This document shows, in pieces, positions 61,276 through 64,000 of a stretch of DNA of 64,000 bases. The first letter of the stretch is position 1, and every line of letters starts with the position of its first letter. The stretch is taken from assembly GCF_964204645.1 (NCBI RefSeq), contig NC_134028.1:22874345-22938344 (forward strand), given 5' to 3'. Source of the stretch: Tubulanus polymorphus (lineage: Eukaryota; Animalia; Nemertea). The notes under the pieces were generated by a model, which was not told where the DNA came from, did no database searches, and worked only from the letters and a program-made list of their open reading frames with translations. The position numbers and the translations under genes are program-made.

Positions 61276-62303
61276 TCAAGAGCAACTAACTACAGCATGC
61301 ATTCCGTATTGACGATAATTTGGCCTCGATAACGCAGTAAATGTTGTCCCTACAGACAGGTTTATGTTGTTATATACATCAGATACTTGTATTCTGGTTG
61401 TTTCAATGACGCTCGTTGTTTGCGGGCTCCTGGTTAAGAATGAGTTAAGTACATTGTTGTTTCCTGAATGTATGAATCCAATTATATCGCCCTGATTGAC
61501 GCGTATCTGATCGGATTCTGGTACTCGGTATGAGACTGTGCCCATCGAACCGGGATCTAGTCGGTTGCGGCCTATCAGAGTCCAACTACGCGATGAACCG
61601 CTGTTTCTGAATACCCCGGCGTAGACAGGATCGTCAACGTCGTATCCACGCACATATTCCCAAAGCGTTATCACCCCATCACACGGGAATACAAAATCCA
61701 ACATTAGAATCAGCCATTCCCCTTGTTGATCCGTGAGACTGTCACTCAAAACCTGAGGGCCGACGACTTCTGTTCTCGCTGCAAACGAGAGAGAATTATA
61801 CATCATAGACTTTACTTATGAGATTATTAATTATGAGAGTTAAATGATATTGAATTGGTATCAATCATGGAGAAATAATTATAAAATTGAAACCTACTTT
61901 ATATATCTATACAAATTTAAGCTTAAAAACGTAATTCATATATATCAAAAGTTAAAACAAAATGAAAATTAATAGATTCGACTTTTTGGACTCGGCGGTT
62001 CGGCTTCTACTTACGTTTAGTTTTCTGATAGACACGAGAATTACCAGGGATGTTCTGAGGACATTCGCTTATCGTCAACAGACCGCAACCATTTTCGTGA
62101 ACGTAGAACGCGGCACAAGATGCGTCCATGCAACAATCACTAGCACAGCTTATCCTCGAGGTCCTGTTCACCCGGGCTGATGCCTGACCGAACTGTTGAT
62201 GACAAATTCGTGTGTGCTGACAATCCAGTAACTCCCTACAGTACGAATTTATTACGAGCAAAAAATGCAAATACAAAACGGATTGTGAGTTTGCAGTTCT
62301 CAT
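61276..62303 (-). CDS. Two-exon putative secreted protein: signal peptide, PAN/apple-like Cys module, beta-rich domain of unknown function
   Basis: Exons 62303-62015 (MRTANSQSVLYLHFLLVINSYC...SRISCASDCCMDASCAAFYVHENGCGL) and 61778-61276 (FVFPCDGVITLWEY...AGVFR...WTLIGRN...IRVNQGDIIGF), phase-1 GT-AG intron. The start could instead be at 62366. Confidence 0.7.
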
Positions 62304-62734
62304 TTTGGACAGAAACACCGTAATAAGCATACAAACAGTGACAGGATGTTTCAACAATTGTTCCACTTTGGAAAAGAAGTGAACTGATTCAAACTATAAG
62401 TCATCCGTCCTCGTGAAGGGACTGCAGAACTATGTCTGATGTTCGCTATTCGTGAAAGCGTTTGAAGGAAGATAATAAGCACTTTCAGACATAGAAAGCG
62501 ATTAACAATATAGTTTCCGACTGTGTACAGGAATTGCGCTAACAATGACATCCAATATTTATTCTCGAATATCTGCGAATTGTTAAGTCAATATTTCAAC
62601 TTGATTCTATTATCGTTGTTGATCGGTTATAATGCATGATGTATGTTATATATCGCTACATCCAGTGGAGATGCTTTGAGCGCTTAACTTTCCAGTATTA
62701 TCCCCCCCCCCCCGCTTATAAATCTAACCATCAA

Positions 62735-62930
62735 TCTATTATTCATCTAGGTCTGAGAGAAGTAACATCACAGCAGCTACTAGGGGCCCAGAGCCAACTA
62801 TCAGGCCAGGTACCCATTTACTCCTGGATGGAGAGAGGCAATGAGGATCAGTGTCTTGCCCTTGCGAATGTAGGGTTTTCGAAGCCATGACCTGGCTTCC
62901 CTGAGTCGAACGCTCTAACCACTGCCCACA
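62735..62930 (-). mobile_element. tRNA-derived SINE
   Basis: The minus strand starts with an A-box-like gtgggcagtggttagagcg and a degenerate B-box, then gggcaagacact and the conserved SINE body cctctctccatccaggagtaaatgggtacctg. Confidence 0.7.
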
Positions 62931-64000
62931 CCATTTGGAAACACGGGTTACATAGTCTTCGTATTTCGAGTGGCTTGAATTTTGCTGTTTTGAACATTTG
63001 TTTAACTACTTGGTCTGGGTTTGAATTCAGAGACGTATATGATATATTTTGTCTATTCAGAGACCATTCCTTGAGGATTTTCCAAAATTGAGTTCATTTT
63101 ACTCCTGCAACTATGCCAAAGATCTGAGCAGGTTTTTTTACTTGCTATCAAGCGCAGAATCGGGGTTTAGAATTATTCACGTTTGACTTAAATAAGAACT
63201 GCACTCGTGGGCGGCCGTCGAAATGTGTTTTACTAACACCGCCGTTCAAAGTGGAGATATAAATCTAACTCGGATAAGGAGTGATCGTGACGTTCGCGGT
63301 TGTCAGCTCACCTGGTACACGGCGGTATAATTTCAACTTCACTTAAACGAGAAACTGAATTCAGTGGATGGAAATTGGAGTTAAATGAATTTACTGACGG
63401 TATCCGGCACGGACTGCTGTCACCTGTAATCTGGATGTTCGTCTTTCAAAGCTGTAACTGTTTTTAATTTGATATAAACCGGATAGTGACGGTTGAAGCC
63501 GTGAATAAATACTGCGCATAAAACAACGACGTGTCTGGCCTTGATTCTGTTGTATATAGGTTGAAAAAAACCCGTCGGCGAATCCAACAGAGAAAATTTT
63601 AAGGTAATTCTTCTAAGTGCCGAAAAGATTAATCACTTGCTGTTTAATTAATAATGATGTGTATTCACATACACAGCATCAGCGTGATTAACCATTGTAA
63701 TCAGCTCTGCGCTCTTAGCCGGTAGGGTCCATCATCGTAATCATTATTTTAAACATGACGTATCATCAAATCTCGAAGCCGGAATCCGCGGCCATTGAAT
63801 ACGCTGCCGGTGGTGAACGAATTTGTCATTTCGTTCGGTGAATATTTTGCTTCGAGGTTGAATAAATAGATTTTTAGTAATTATTCGATTTTTATGCGTA
63901 TTTAAAAGGACCCAATACCGAACGTCAAACAGACAGGCAGACCTGACGGAGAACCGAATAGCGATAAACCGCGTTCTTCACCCGAAGCCGTATATATTAG

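Overview
AT-rich, intron-containing genomic DNA from an invertebrate animal (GT-AG introns, MITEs, a SINE, a LINE remnant, minisatellites); no prokaryotic features. Gene order: 5' exons of gamma-glutamyl carboxylase GGCX (-); intronless proteasome ATPase PSMC4/Rpt3 (-); a disrupted hydroxylysine kinase HYKK copy (-); a ~10-kb region with no supportable ORF that holds a candidate multi-exon lncRNA, a Helentron-type element, G-rich arrays and inverted repeats; two convergent, exon-for-exon paralogous genes for uncharacterised SAP + four U1/matrin-like zinc finger + RGG/prion-like proteins (23.9-32.7 kb + and 35.9-46.3 kb -); EME1 with an N-terminal CUE-like domain (+); MXRA7 (-); and a small secreted PAN/apple-like protein gene (-). 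The paralogous SAP-ZnF-RGG pair is the most notable undescribed system. All exon models were read by eye from splice signals and reading frame, family calls rest on recalled motifs, and no database searches were run.
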